A DNA stretch of 64,000 nucleotides, from positions 40,920,001 to 40,984,000 of the forward strand of contig OZ231126.1 of NCBI GenBank assembly GCA_965153355.1, in the 5' to 3' direction. Source of the stretch: Flaccisagitta enflata (lineage: Eukaryota). The notes under the pieces are model-generated. The model made no database searches. It was not told the origin of the DNA and saw only the letters and a program-made list of their open reading frames with translations. This document shows, piece after piece, positions 42,259-62,289 of this stretch. Within the stretch, counting starts at the first letter, position 1. Each line of letters begins with the position of its first letter. The position numbers and the translations under genes are program-made.

Positions 42259-45200
42259 TCTGTTGTTGTAATAGTGGTGGTTGTTTTTGTTGTTATTGTT
42301 GCATTATATTTTCATTCCTGATGGTATTTTTGCTGTTTTCCTCTTCAACCTGTCGTAAGAAATTTCCACTTTTGGAGAAAACTTGAATCCTTGAATTCCC
42401 TCGGTCAGCCACGAGCAAGCGTCCTTTAACATCGATTTTAACGTTTCTGTTATGTAGTTAAGTTACATAAAAGTTGATTGCCGACGGCGAACAAGGCCAA
42501 AAAAAGAGGCTTAGAGGGAATCAAAAAAAGACGGACTGGCAAGTAATCCAGGGTTAGAATATCGTCGCGGGTGGGTAGGGGCGTACCAACCCGAGCCCCC
42601 TCCTCCCACACACATAATATCACATTATCACAACCACAGCATCCTAACTGCGCATCATAGACGAACGGACAAACAGGGCTTCCCACAAAATTGCTGGACC
42701 GTGACTAAAACGGGACATACAGAATCTGTATTACAGATGTACTAGTCTTTTACCTGGGATATCTCATTTGTCCGGGTCTTCTTCCGGGAGAACCGAAAGT
42801 GAAAATCGGCGTCTTTGAGGAGACTTTTAAACGCGACAAAAGCGCCGCGTCGAAAATCATCGCGGCGCCTCGATTCGGACCGGTGTCGAAACTCAGACCG
42901 GCGTTGATGGGCAACCGATGGGCGCCGGAACACGAAACGGAAGCGGAAGTGGGCGACGCTGAACAATTCTCATGAGGCGCAGATTCAGTGGATGACGCGG
43001 CGCTGATCTCATGAGTTGAACCTTATGTCCACAAAATTAGGGGGCGTTTCTAGTCAAAGACTATCGCGTTTTGAACGGGCCCCTCGGTCGCTCGCTATGT
43101 TTGTTCGCTCGCACCGCTCACTCCGCTCACTCCCTCCGCAGTGCTGCGCTTTGCTACGCTCGCTTCACTTGCTCACTCTGTTCACGGGCTCGCTCATTCA
43201 CTTTGCTCACTCCCTCGTGGGACAGTTGAAATTCTTGAATATGTGTTCACACTGTTATCACGTTCCACGGGAACAAACGCGTTTTTCGTCTTCACTAGAA
43301 ACACGCCCCTAATTCAAACGATGAATCATTTTAACAAGTGACGCGGGGTCACAATATCGTTGAGGACAGGTGTGTAGGGGCATCCAACCCCAGCCTCACC
43401 TCAACCACACCCCAAACCCCCTTCAACACACTCACACACAAACACTACCAACTGCAGCATCCTAAATACACATTTTTCGCGTTTTCAACTAGAGCGTGAC
43501 AACTCGAGCGTGACGGACGGACGGACGGGCGAAAGTGTTCGATTAAAAAAGGAGACAGACAGACATGCAGATACACAGACATACAGACAGAGGGATAGAG
43601 AGAAAAAATGTGACAAAAGACAGAGAGATAGATGGACAGAGAGACAGAATGTGTGAAATATCCATCGAGGTAAACCTTTTGATGAGGAAGTTGAAATTGA
43701 GCTTTTTCTGGACAGACGATGATGCGGAAGATGGTTCTGTTGAAAGCGTTTTTACATGATTTTAGGTGTGTAAGATAAAAGGTGCAAGAAGAGAAGAGGA
43801 ATGTCACATAGTCAATAATAGGCCGAAACGATTATACTTTTTATAAATTCATTCACTTTAAGGGCGTCTTTGAGATTCTGTCTCAGAATGTGGTCAGTGA
43901 GAAAATAGCAGATTGTAACCCGGAGTATTTTCATGTCACTTACCAAATTCTCATAAATGACAGTGTCCACAAATTTCTCTCTCATCGATGATTTTTTTAT
44001 TACTTGTTGCTGTTGACATGCAGGAACTTCAAAATAATTTTCTGCATCAAAAAAGAAAGGTGCAGTAAAACACCGCTATAACGGACGAAGAGTAACGTAA
44101 ATCCGCATATAACATTAACAAAAACTTAAAACGTACCAAATATGGTGTTTTCCTGGATGAAAGAACGAACTGAATCCCACCGTGGCCCAAACATCATGCG
44201 GTAGTTCAGGCTTTCCCTTGACAACGAAAGCTTCCACGACTTGATCGATGCTTTTCCCTTTTCAATTCCCTGATCTTTTCCCTCTGATATGGAACTTTCC
44301 TCCACTCTTAACACCTCCTCCTTCATCTCCTTTTCTTCCTCCGGATTCTTCTCGTCTTCCACTTCTTGCCTCTCATGATAATGATCATCGTAGCCGCTGG
44401 GCTTCGACTCATTCTCTTTTCCTTTCCTCAGTTTCACTATCTTCTCGTGTTTGTGTTCTGCCTTATTGCTCGCCTCTCGCTTCTCCTCCTCCTCTTCCTG
44501 TCTCACCATCGTTTTGTCCATCGCGCTATCTAGGAATCCTACTGCGGCCTTTTGCTCATCCTCCTCGATCTTATGAATATGATCATTTAATGGAGGGTCG
44601 GCGATTTCATTCGACTGAGACGAAATTGTGTCTGAATCCCCAGAATTTACTTCCCGCCACACCGGTTCGCTCGATTTTCCGGACAACGCATCAAAAGACG
44701 TAGCAGAAATCAGAGGCGTACTTGGCGCAGTTGAAGATGAACTTGAAGGTTGGGGTAGGGACGCACTTGACAAGACATATGAAGATGTACAAAATGACGT
44801 TGTTTGAGGCATATTTGATGATGAGGTTGAAGATGTTCTTGACGATGAAAATCTAGGCGTACTTGACGCGATTGAGGAAGTACTTGAGGATGAAGTCAGT
44901 GGTGCGCTGGAGATCGTAGTTAACAACGGGCACGACCATGTAGGTGAGTCTTCCGTTGTCGAGGTCCTCGAAGTTGTTTCTGAGATGTTAAACTGCTGAC
45001 AGAGATTTACATCAACCTCTACTCCAGATTCATTGCTCATTTGCTCCTTTGATTCGTTTTGTTCCGACGAAGAGTTTGAAGCTGAAGAATAAGTCGAGAT
45101 GCGAGAATGACTCAAAGCCATCGCCGAAGTTGACAAGCCGCTTGACACGAGTGTAGAATTCAACATCCTCGCCGAAAAAGGCAGACAACTAGAGACCCGT

Positions 45201-45528
45201 TGATGAACCGATGCGTTGGGGGCGATTGACGGGACGTTGGAGATGTCTGTGGCGTCGGATTTGGTTTCCGACGATAATGTTGGAGGACGAAGTCGAGGTT
45301 TCCTGAGTCGAGGTAAAGGAGATCGCAAAACGCCCGTCGATAGTTGGGCTGCCGAATCGTTTCCCCCTGAACAAACTTTTTCAGTCGTTGTGCCGGATGC
45401 ATTCGTAATCGGCATCTTCGGCGTCACCGTCGTTATTGTCATCGTTTCCATCGTTGTCATTGTCTTACCTCTGCAATGTTTGTCAACATCATTCTTCACG
45501 TCGTCAAAAAAATCCGGAAGAAAACATC
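38253..45528 (-). CDS. NHL-repeat (TRIM2/TRIM3-like C-terminal beta-propeller) protein with a long Ser/Thr-rich and acidic low-complexity region; 5' end unresolved
   Basis: Exons 45528-44137, 43021-42754, 42446-42350, 42044-~41965 (donor missing), 41770-41676, 41103-40991, 40727-40540, 39822-39667, 38311-38253. They give FGSPGRRPGQMRYPRNVKIDVKGRLLVADRGNSRIQVF, GKFYCPTSICVGLDDDILVVDSTNQRIVIF, FLWPAGVAVDDAGRILVSDSLLNRVQMF and LDHPCGLAL..GLVFVADQKSHAIKVFRYL*. All junctions are phase-compatible GT-AG except the one at ~41965. Confidence 0.88.
38951..39234. mobile_element. hAT-type MITE in an intron of the NHL gene
   Basis: 8-bp TSD AAAGAAGG and imperfect TIR CAGG..GTATAT.ATTGAGT. Confidence 0.75.
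43040..43309. mobile_element. MITE, possibly PIF/Harbinger-type, rich in CGCTC motifs
   Basis: TIR GGGGGCGTTTCTAGT/ACTAGAAACACGCCCC flanked by TTA and TAA, lying ~17 bp from an exon acceptor. Confidence 0.6.
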
Positions 45529-46136
45529 CTGATAGATTTCAGTTCTTTTACTCGGTACTTGCAACTCGTGACATATGATACTGACCATAACATAGCGGCA
45601 GGCCCAGAAATCGGCCGGACGAAATGAATATACTCGTATTTATTCGTCAAAAAGTCCAAAAAAAAAATTAAAGAAAAGAAGGGCATGAATAGTCGAATGC
45701 GACGGTAAGGCTGATGACTTTTGGAATGAAAACCTCAACCATCGGGGTACTGCGGGGAAGAGCTAAGAGAAGAAGGACGAGGAAGTGCAGGAGGGGAAAG
45801 AAGATAAGGAAGAGGATGAGAAGGAGGAAGCGGAGCGTCACCTCCGACAGCGACATCGACTCCATCACCCAACACACCGTAATCCCCAACAGAGATTACT
45901 CCCCGCGCACAATCACCTCCGACAGGGAAATTTCAGACCTTGTCTTAAATCATCGTTCTTGGTGGTGACAAGGTAAGATTTGAGGAAACGACATAAATGT
46001 TTTTATGACTCAACCGTTTTAAAACTACTCAGGTGTTTCTATCCTTACCTTGAAATCAAGCCGAGGAGAACATACCATCAAATTTCTCTTTGAGATTTCA
46101 TCCTTATTTTCCGAACTTCTTGTCGTTGTCATGTCA

Positions 46137-46184
<48 letters not shown>

Positions 46185-46330
46185 TTGTCGTTGTTATTGT
46201 CATTGTCGTTGCCATTGTGATTATCATTGTAATTGTCATTGTCATTGTCCTTGAAATTGTCGTTGTCGTTGTCAATGTCGTTGTTGCAGTTGTTGTTGTT
46301 CCTTGGATATCTACTTTTGCTCTTTTTTTG

Positions 46331-47501
46331 CGCAGCGGCCCCGAAGGGGTCGATGACCTATGCTTTCACACACAGGGGAAATTTGTCCTTCTTCTCCTCC
46401 ATCCACCCCCTTCAAATCCCAGTCCTGAGGCCCAAATTCCAGTCTTGAGGCCCAAATCCGAGTCTCTAGGCCCAAATCCTAGCCTGGAGGCCCAATCTTA
46501 ACCTGGAGGCCCAAATCCCAGTCTTGAGGCCCAAATCCCAGCCTGGAGGCCCAAATCTTAGCCTGGAGGCCCAAATCTTAGCCTGGAGGCCCAGATCCCA
46601 GCCTCGAGGCTGAGATTTGGGCTTCAAGGCTGGGATCTGGGCCTCCAGGCTAGGATTCAGGCCTCAAGGCTTGGATTTAGGCTTCAAGGCTGGGATTTGG
46701 GCCTTAAGACTGGGATTTGAGCCTCGAGATTTGAGGATGGGTGCGAAGGAAAAATTTCCCCTATGTGTGAAAGCATAGGTCATCGACCCCTTCGAGACCG
46801 CTGCCCTGCTTCCCCTTCAACTACAAGCACAACCTACTTAGACAGGGCACGGGTACGACGCACTGAAATTAAGTAGGAAAGAATTTACCCGGAGGCCAAA
46901 GGTATGAATTGCTTAACCATTTTCACTTTGGTCACTGACTGTGTTGTTTTTTTCAAAAATAAGAAGTACATTTCTATATGAAGAAACCAATCTATTACTA
47001 TCAAATGACGTTAATGAAAGAAAATTGAAGGAAACTAGCTTTGGAAGTGAAAAAAAGTGAAAAAATGGCTGACAATTTTTTCAGTAACTGCTCATTGGAA
47101 ACTTTAAATTTGCATAGAAAATTATCAGATCAACAAAAGAAAAGCATAGCGCCCTCAGTTAGTGATTTGGGAATCGCGCTATGTTCTTCTTTTGTTGATA
47201 TTTTGATTTTATATGCAAATTTAAAATTTCCAATGGGTCATGGTGCATTGACAAAACAAGTTTTTATTTCATTTTGCCCGTATTTTCAGCAGTAAAATGA
47301 AGGATTAGAGATGAAAACAGGCAAATGCATGTTAAATGTATGCAAAATATGTCTGTTAGTAGTTGAATAGAAATCATTGAAGCAAAGAATTTCATTAGAT
47401 TTCAATTATTAAGATTCATGATTCATCTGGCTAGGGTAGCAAATTTTATGGTAATTTTCAGTGCGTCGTACCGCTGAACATCTAACGCTTTTGCGACTAT
47501 T
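46331..47501 (+). mobile_element. Family-B element with a nested TA-flanked MITE (46856-47468)
   Basis: The conserved GGGTACCGCTG is split as GGGTA|CGACGCACTGAAA ... TTTCAGTGCGTCG|TACCGCTG. Confidence 0.85.
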
Positions 47502-47769
47502 CCCATTTCGAATCTCTAGGTTTGTCCAGTCGAGACTCGGGACCTAACCCAATCTGGCAATAGCGCACAAGTAAAAGGTTTGCCACTGAAAGACAAGAAC
47601 GTCATGGCAAGAAAGATGGTTGGCTTCATTTACAAAAGACAAAGAAGAAAACAAGGTCAAAACTAGCACACGGTAAAAGCTGTGACCGATCGCCCGCCGA
47701 TTCGGGTATGCAATTAAATATTATTAGTTGGAGATGTGGTTACCGTAATCAAGCATTTCATTGGACTTT

Positions 47770-47882
<113 letters not shown>

Positions 47883-48330
47883 TGTGTCTGTGTGTGAGGA
47901 TGGATAAAAAAACCCCGCAGATGAAAAATATACCTGCCACATGCGTAATTTTTCATACAATCAGTTGGCATCAAATGATCATCAAATCCTTCACAAATCA
48001 TTGATTAGCAATTCTACATTCAAGGTTTTGGAAGTTATAAGGAATTTGAAGATAGCAGAAACCAACGAAATACGATGTTTAAGATTGTTACAAATTACGT
48101 TGGTTTTTGGTTCTAAGACGGAAGCGTAATCAGAAGAAAAAAAAACTGGAAACCAGATTATTTGTCAACCACCAAAAAGTCATCTTCTCCTTTTCTTTCT
48201 TTGCCATCAATATATGAAGAATTGATTCTCACTTTTTGTCGTCTCTTTTTTTTCTTCGTGGAAGTGGAATATTGGCATCGGAAACCATCATTCAGGAATT
48301 CTTTTAGTCACCTCCCTTCTTTTCCTTTTT

Positions 48331-48573
48331 GGGCAGCGGCCCCAAAGGGCAGATGTCCTGTGGGACACAGGGGTGAATTTCCAGATGTCCGTCCATATGT
48401 CAGTCTGTCTGTCCCCCCCCTGAGGCCCCTCTCAGGCCCCAAATCACCCCTGGGTCCTACAGGACATCGGCCCTCGGAGGCCGCTGCCCTACTCTCACTC
48501 CACTTCTTCATTTGATCACTTCAAGTAGGGCATCGGTTACCGCTGACCATGTGCGATCCTTGGATGACTAGTT
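48331..48573 (+). mobile_element. Short family-B element (core array nearly absent)
   Basis: Same termini as 1261-1784. Confidence 0.75.
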
Positions 48574-49851
48574 TCTAGATCTTCTCTTCTCCTCCTCCCA
48601 CTTATTTCTTAACCTTTTGAAGCGCATTTCTACTTCATCTAATTTGGACCGTCGGTCGTTTTAAAAGATAATCCCCGATGTCTGCAACTGCAGAAAGACT
48701 TTGTGTGTAAACATAATATCTAGCTTGGGTCATATCCGATGAAATGAAGAAGACAACACTATAGATGTGCATACTGACACGACACACATATGGATTCAAA
48801 CGCGTTGTGTTGTATTGTTCTGTGTTTGTGTGTGCAAAATATGGATCTTCTTGTTAAGAAGCTATTTCATGCGAAAACATTGCCACAGCTTGCATTCTAT
48901 GATCTTGTGTGTGCGTCACGGACGCATCGTTGTGGCCTCTGGTCAAGTACTTGATGCATTCATTAGCAACGCACCTACTGGATTCGTCACAGACAAAATC
49001 TCATCACACACACACAAAAACACACACACAAAATGAGGAAACCTTTAAAAGGAGGCGAGTGACCGACAATTTCGAGAGATTAGTCACGGAAGAGAGAGAG
49101 AAAGAATAAAAACATCACCAGTCTCAATTCCACATTTGAATCAATGGAATAACAACGGAGCGGAAAATCAATAAGTAAAAACTAATGAATTGTTGTAACT
49201 AAATGAATCGGAGATGACTTGAAAAGAGGCAATCGAAGTCGCATTTTTTCATCTTAGGATACTAAATCTTCTTCTTTGTCAAAAGTCAAGTAATTGATTA
49301 TCAAATTAGGCGTCCGTTTTCCTCAATTCTCGTCACTAATTTGAAAGAATAAGAAAGGATAACGATCACTTGCCCCTATTTCATTGGATTCGCATCAACT
49401 TACAGTTACAGTGAGACTCTTGAGCCATGAAAATTATCATAGAGTCTGAGTCTTGTAAGGATGGATGGCCTTGATTAAACTAATTTGCTAAAACCTAGCC
49501 GTAGTCCATAATTTTTCCCAGTCTGTTTCAAGATCATACATAATCGAACTCCGCAATAACAGATTTCAACGAGTAGAGGTGCCTGAGGTGGATTTTATTT
49601 ATGCTAACAAGGAAAACGAAAAAAAAAAATACCGGGAATGACCATAGTTTCTTTGTTACAGGGAGATGGGTTAATCTGTTAAAGTGGAGTCCAACTATAT
49701 TATGGCTCATTATATCATGCATGCATGTATGCACTTGTAAAAAAGGTTATCAATCGAATAATCGATAGATGGGAAAGTGATCGTTAGGTCCTCCGCTTTC
49801 CCGTCTTAAACTTTCATCGGCTCTCGAGATAAACAACAAAAAAGATAAAAA

Positions 49852-56540
<6,689 letters not shown>

Positions 56541-57239
56541 GGGGGTTCATAAAAGATGATATCTTCTTTAACCTGTATGCCACATATCAGTCACATATAC
56601 GGTCACATATACGGTCCACGGCTACTATTCTTTGCATTGCCGCACCTAGCTGTGGTATTCTCCATGTACTACAATTTTTTATCCATCTGTTGTAGACTTT
56701 CTTTTTCGTACATGTGCTTTAAAGAATTTGATTTGCTCTGTTATTTGTGACAAGGTCAAGATGTTGAAAATTATGTTATAATAGAATTAGATTAACAAAA
56801 TTACGGAAAATAACCGCTAATGACCAAACTAGCAAAACTAATTCAGAGTAGTGGCAGAACTAAGAAAGATAGTCACTTAATTAAGCAAATCATTACTACA
56901 TAAAGAGCCAAGGAGTTAGAGAACGTTAACTGAGGTTTTTAGTCGCGGACACGCGACTCTACACCTTGCCGTGTCGGTCGGTCCGTCCGTCCATCCATTG
57001 GTCCGTCCGTCCGTCCGTCACATTTCTGAATTCCGACTGATTTTCGCAGTACTGCTCCTCCCCAACCATCCGCGACTGGATTGCCGTGTATCCGGCCTTG
57101 TTAATCACGGACTCGCGACTCTGTGATAGGCTTTGTCCGCCAGTCTGTCTGTTGGTCAGTTGATTTGTCCCATTGTCGCTAGTTGGAAAGTGCGAAATCC
57201 CGCTTCTAAGATACCATGAGTATCGGTTACAGAGACTAA

Positions 57240-57289
<50 letters not shown>

Positions 57290-57292
<3 letters not shown>

Positions 57293-57455
57293 CGGCGTAG
57301 GAGGAGGGGCGTCAGGGGCGTCAGCTGACGCCCCTGCAGTCGGACACACATGGCAGTCGGACACAAATGCTCTCTGAAAAAAAAAAAGCAGGCTGAATAA
57401 AAAAAAAACAGATGGGAAATGGAAAAAAAGTTAATAAACGGTTTTAAAGGAAAAA

Positions 57456-57531
<76 letters not shown>

Positions 57532-58335
57532 AAAAAATATTAAGAAATGGGAGAAAGTAGGATAGGAAATAAAGTCGTTTTATCTAGTTGACCTTGAGAT
57601 TTCATGTTAGAACAAAAAAGAATATTTTGAGTCAATGAAGATACTCAGCTGGTCTTAAAGGTTTGTTAGAAACTTTTTTTGCGTAATTAGAAAAAAAAAC
57701 AAGCTTGATTCTCTAAGGAAATTGATGTTTGTAATTGTTATGTAACCAGTCATTTTTGTAACCATAGATTGTACCACTTTTAACTCGATCCAAATAACTG
57801 GAAAAATCATTATTGAAATGGATTCCCGTCAGAGGAATATGGCCAGGGTAGGCACATAGGCAAAGATGTGAAAACTGTTATAATCATTAAGATTGATATG
57901 GACATTATAAATCATTATAATATGAATTTGTTTTATTGATTTTTTTATAATTTGATATTTTCTTTGCCATTGATTTTTAAATTTTTTTTTTCAAGCTAGA
58001 TGTTTTTTTCAATTAATACCTTTTTATTATTATATAAAAATTCTTATTAAATTTGTTTTTTATATTTTTTTCTCATAATTTTTTTATACGCTTTAAGAAT
58101 TGGTTAAAAAAGATTTTAACATTTTGCATATTATAAAATCTCTAAAAAAACAAATATAATTTAAACAATTTTCTTTCTCTGCCTTGATACTTGCACACCT
58201 CCCCTAAAATAATGAATTTTTATGTTTTTTACCTTTTTTTCAACTATAATTTAGTTACACAGTAAGTCGGACACAGTTTTCAGTCGGACACAGATTGGGG
58301 CCTGACGCCCCTGCCCATTTTCCTGCCCTACGCCG

Positions 58336-58338
<3 letters not shown>
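57290..58338. mobile_element. hAT-type non-autonomous element inserted in a (CA)n tract
   Basis: TIR CAGCGGCGTAGG/CCTACGCCGCTG, subterminal GTCGGACAC motifs as in 8924-9256, and (CA)n on both sides. Confidence 0.85.
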
Positions 58339-58397
<59 letters not shown>

Positions 58398-58423
58398 TGC
58401 ATTGCAATGTACATTAGGCATGC

Positions 58424-58472
<49 letters not shown>

Positions 58473-58738
58473 CGAGAGACAGACCGACAGACAGACAGAC
58501 AGATTCCTGCACACATATACACAGACACATACACGCACACTCGTAGTTTTCGTTTTCTTTTGCAATAACAATGACAGCGAGCAGAGGTTCAATGAGACGA
58601 AGTAGATATGCATTTTTATGTATTTGTGCATTCAATTGGTTCATGGTCGCAGAGGTAATAAAATTGAATTCAATGACAGTTATCAGATAAAAGAATCTAA
58701 AAAAGATTACATGATCCAATAAAAAGATTCGTCATAAT

Positions 58739-61700
58739 TCATGAGTATTTTTGGATAAATTTTTGGTGAAAGTCTTTGAACGCCTGCATGTTTCTTTGGA
58801 TGTCTTCGAGAGGCGGGAGAATGGTCATTCTAAAGTGATAAGTTCCAGGTTTTTGACCGAATCCAGATCCGGGGACCACGCAAAGACCAATCTCTTCCAA
58901 AATGCCGAAACAGTAGAATGAGTCAGGTGTCTGACCCGCCGCCTGAAATGTGATTAGCAAAATCAAAATCATGAGGAATAAGGTTAAGCATCCGACCCAT
59001 TTGCTGTAATGGTCAACGCAAAAAAACAAGAACGGATTCTTTGAGATACCATTACCATAAGTAGCCCTAGTGGAAATTGGAAAAATACCCCCATCCCCAC
59101 CCCACACACACCCACACAAAATCACAGCTACAGCATCAAAATTACGCAATTTTACATTTTCAACTATAACATGACGGTCGTACAGACCGACATAAAGACA
59201 ATGCCTCTTGCAGAGTCGCCAGAGTGTCCGCAACCTAAAACCCACACTACTTGCTGCCCCAGAAGAAATAAAGAGCCCTTTCACTTTTGAGTTACTACAG
59301 TAAAAATTCCAACCCAATGACCGGATTACAGGGGTTGCGAACATTTTGCGCTCTGTCTTTGCGCCTAATTGGGAATGCATAACACTCCCGAACGACTTCT
59401 TCACCACTTAGAAAAACCCACCTTAGCAGCTTTGATTGCCCCTGGGGGTAAGTCGATTTTCGGGAATGCGTACATCGCCCCCATGACTTCGTTACAGCTA
59501 ATGCCGGGAATTGAATTGAACGTTTCCGCCACCAATTTCGCCTTCTTCTTCAACAGGTCCAATGTAGCTTGTTTTTCCTTTTACGGATGAGAAAAAAATT
59601 AAAATCACTGAAAGTAGCCTGAAAATCATATGCGCTTGTCGCACAAATAGGCGTCAAAAGTAAAAAAATAGAAGCACCAACACGTCATCAAACTTACCTT
59701 GATAAACTTATCATGCGAAGGGTCCCCAGGCTTTGGTTCATTGCATACAATGGCCATTGCGCATTGGCCAAGAGATGGAGGACACAGTTTTGTCGATATC
59801 AATTTTGTCAATTGTCCTTGAAGTAATAAAAATTAACAAGCTTTCAATTTACTTCGTTTCTGAGTTAGACGATTAAATTTGAGAGATTAGGAGATGTGAT
59901 AGTGGAGAGAACCACAATTGTCAAATTACCTTTTATGTAGGGGTCCAAATTGATCACCTCCATGTAACCACCTCGAAAACCACATCTAATAAAAGATGAA
60001 GAGTAAGAGTAAGAGATAACCAATATAATATTATGAATTATGTTCGATGATTGGTTTTATATTCAATGTAAACTATGCAATAGCATAGAACTCTTAACTA
60101 TTGGGTTGTTTAAAATGCAAAACACCTGTAAAAAAGTCTTTTTGGCCTGTCCGTTTTTCATGCAAAATGTGTCTCTATGACTAGTATGAGCCTGAAACTT
60201 ACTCGCCATGCCATCCTTTGGACATAGAATGAAATGATGCCAGTTCCATCTGTTGGTATTCCGGCCCCATCTCCATCATGACTTTTTTGAAGGAATGAAA
60301 TTCGGATTTTGCGCCCCAAATATTCGTTTGGTAAACTTCGTCGGCGAGTAATATAAGGTTTTCTTCTTTGGCAAATTGGATAATCTCTTCGATATTTTGT
60401 CTCGTTAATACCTGATAGAATTACGACATTATAATGACTGGTATCAAGTATGAACTTGATTCAATCCTTATTATTTATCTCATACAAAACCATTTGATCT
60501 AGTATCAAGGTCAAATTATGGCTAATCATGGCAATATGAGCGCCTCGCTGATTTAGAATACGTGAAGGAAGGAAGGAAGGAAGGAAGGAAGGAAGGAAGG
60601 AAGGAAGGAAGGAAGGAAGGAATGAATGAATGAATGAATGAATGAATGAATGAATGAATGAGAGGTAACAGGATGCGGCCGTTTTGCGCAGTTAGGACGT
60701 TCACGTGACGGTCCGACCAACCGACCAACCGATGGATGTAATCTCCAATACGTGTGCAAGGACGCACATAAAAATCTGGTCGCGGTCGGTTGGTACATGG
60801 TCCGTTGCAAGCACCTTAGCCTTTAGTCATTACCGCTTCTACCCAATCATCTGTGTTGCCAAGGTCATTTGATGTAAATGTTTATTTCTCGAGAATTAAT
60901 TGATGAATGGGAAGTCATTAGGTAATGTTGGACGCTTAAATCTTGAATTGTGGCTTGAATTGTGACGCTATGTTGCCCTGGTTTAAGCTAAAGTGGGTAC
61001 AGTACGATGGGAGCAAAGACGACCTAGACTGGAGGATAGATTTTAGGTATTTTGATTACATTTTATTTATAAAAAAATTGGAGATCTATGCTAATAAAAA
61101 GTTGCTTTATTGCTTGAATATGTTAGCTGTTCTCATTTTATAACTTGTGACTTGACTTCATCGAGACTTATTTTTATACGTTCTAACCTAGCCGATTAAA
61201 TCGGGCTGAAAATTTTATATGATTTTGAGAAAAAAAATCAGTTGACTCGTACTATTGTTATAGGTTTTAAAGCTATTTTTCAAAAAGGATAATTATGTAG
61301 ATTAATGTCGAGGCAAAGCTTAAAATAGATATAAAACCTGTAAAAATTTAACTAATTTTATTTTCTAAATTATATAAAATTTTTTACTCAATCTGATGAG
61401 CTAGGTTAAAACATTGAAAAATGAAGTTCTGATGAAGTAAAGTTATAAGTTAAACAATAAGAGAAGCCAATATATTCAAGCAATAGAGTAACTCTTAATT
61501 AGCATAAATCTACTTTTTATACATCAAATGAACAATCAAGTTTAACAATAAGAGAAGCCTATATATTCAAGCAATTGAACAACTCTTAATTAGCATAAAT
61601 CTCTTTTTTATACATCAAATGAAATTAAGATACTTAAAATCTATCCTCCAGTCTAGATCGTCTTTGCTCCCATCGTACTGTATGTGTCTTTGGTTCTTCC

Positions 61701-61864
61701 TTAGTTGTTCCAAATGTGGTGATGCATACCTGCCCAGTAGGATTTCCCGGATTAATGACGCAAAGGACTTTAGGTTTGCATTTGGTTTTGGCTTCTTTGA
61801 CTGCGCGGCGAAGTTCTTCTACCCCCAAAGACCAGCCGTCGTCTTCATTTAGGTAATAACTCAC
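58739..61864 (-). CDS. GPT: Alanine aminotransferase (PLP-dependent class I/II aminotransferase), 3' six exons; 5' exons lie outside the window
   Basis: Exons 61864-61730, 60411-60203, 59985-59930, 59816-59698, 59577-59422, 58942-58739 splice in frame. They give [74 protein letters not shown]. Confidence 0.96.
60046..60137 (-). mobile_element. Short 3'-end fragment of the RLE-type retrotransposon at 28500-29690
   Basis: Reverse complement matches ~29580-29690 (GTTTTGCAT..CAACCCAATA..AGAGTTCTAT..TGAATATAAAACCAATCATC). Confidence 0.7.
61000..61680. mobile_element. Tc1/mariner-type MITE in a GPT intron
   Basis: TA|CAGTACGATGGGAGCAAAGACGA.CTAGACTGGAGGATAGATTTTA ... inverse|TA, with an internal ~95-bp tandem duplication at ~61450-61620. 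Confidence 0.9.
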
Positions 61865-62289
61865 CTGTTGAATGGAAAGAATATGGAACCAAATCAAACC
61901 ATCATATTCATAGTCAATTAAATTGCAACTCACTAAAACTAGTAAGAGGATGCCTAAAACTGCGCTGTCACTTAAAACACTTTGTTGAAATAGACTTCAT
62001 TAAGCACTTCTAAAAGTGTGTGTTCAACAAAATATTAACCGGGTTCACTTTTTACACAAATTAAGCAATGATTATTAAACAGAAGCTGGGTCTAAAAAAT
62101 CGTTTGTTGCTGCGAACTTCCTTCTGAAGCTGTTAAATTGCGCAGTATTTTTTATGGTTGTACGCCATATGATTGATCTTTTATTCACAGCACAGGGTAT
62201 GTGGTAGAACATACAGCACACAGAGAGAAAAACAACAAGAAAGAGAGAGAAAAAAAAAAATTGTAACAACACTAATAAATCACAGATAC

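Noticed and set aside
43676-43736. Possible extra NHL-gene exon (NHLPHHRLSRKSS..)
   Set aside because: 61 nt would break the frame; the flanking exons already join directly in phase 1.
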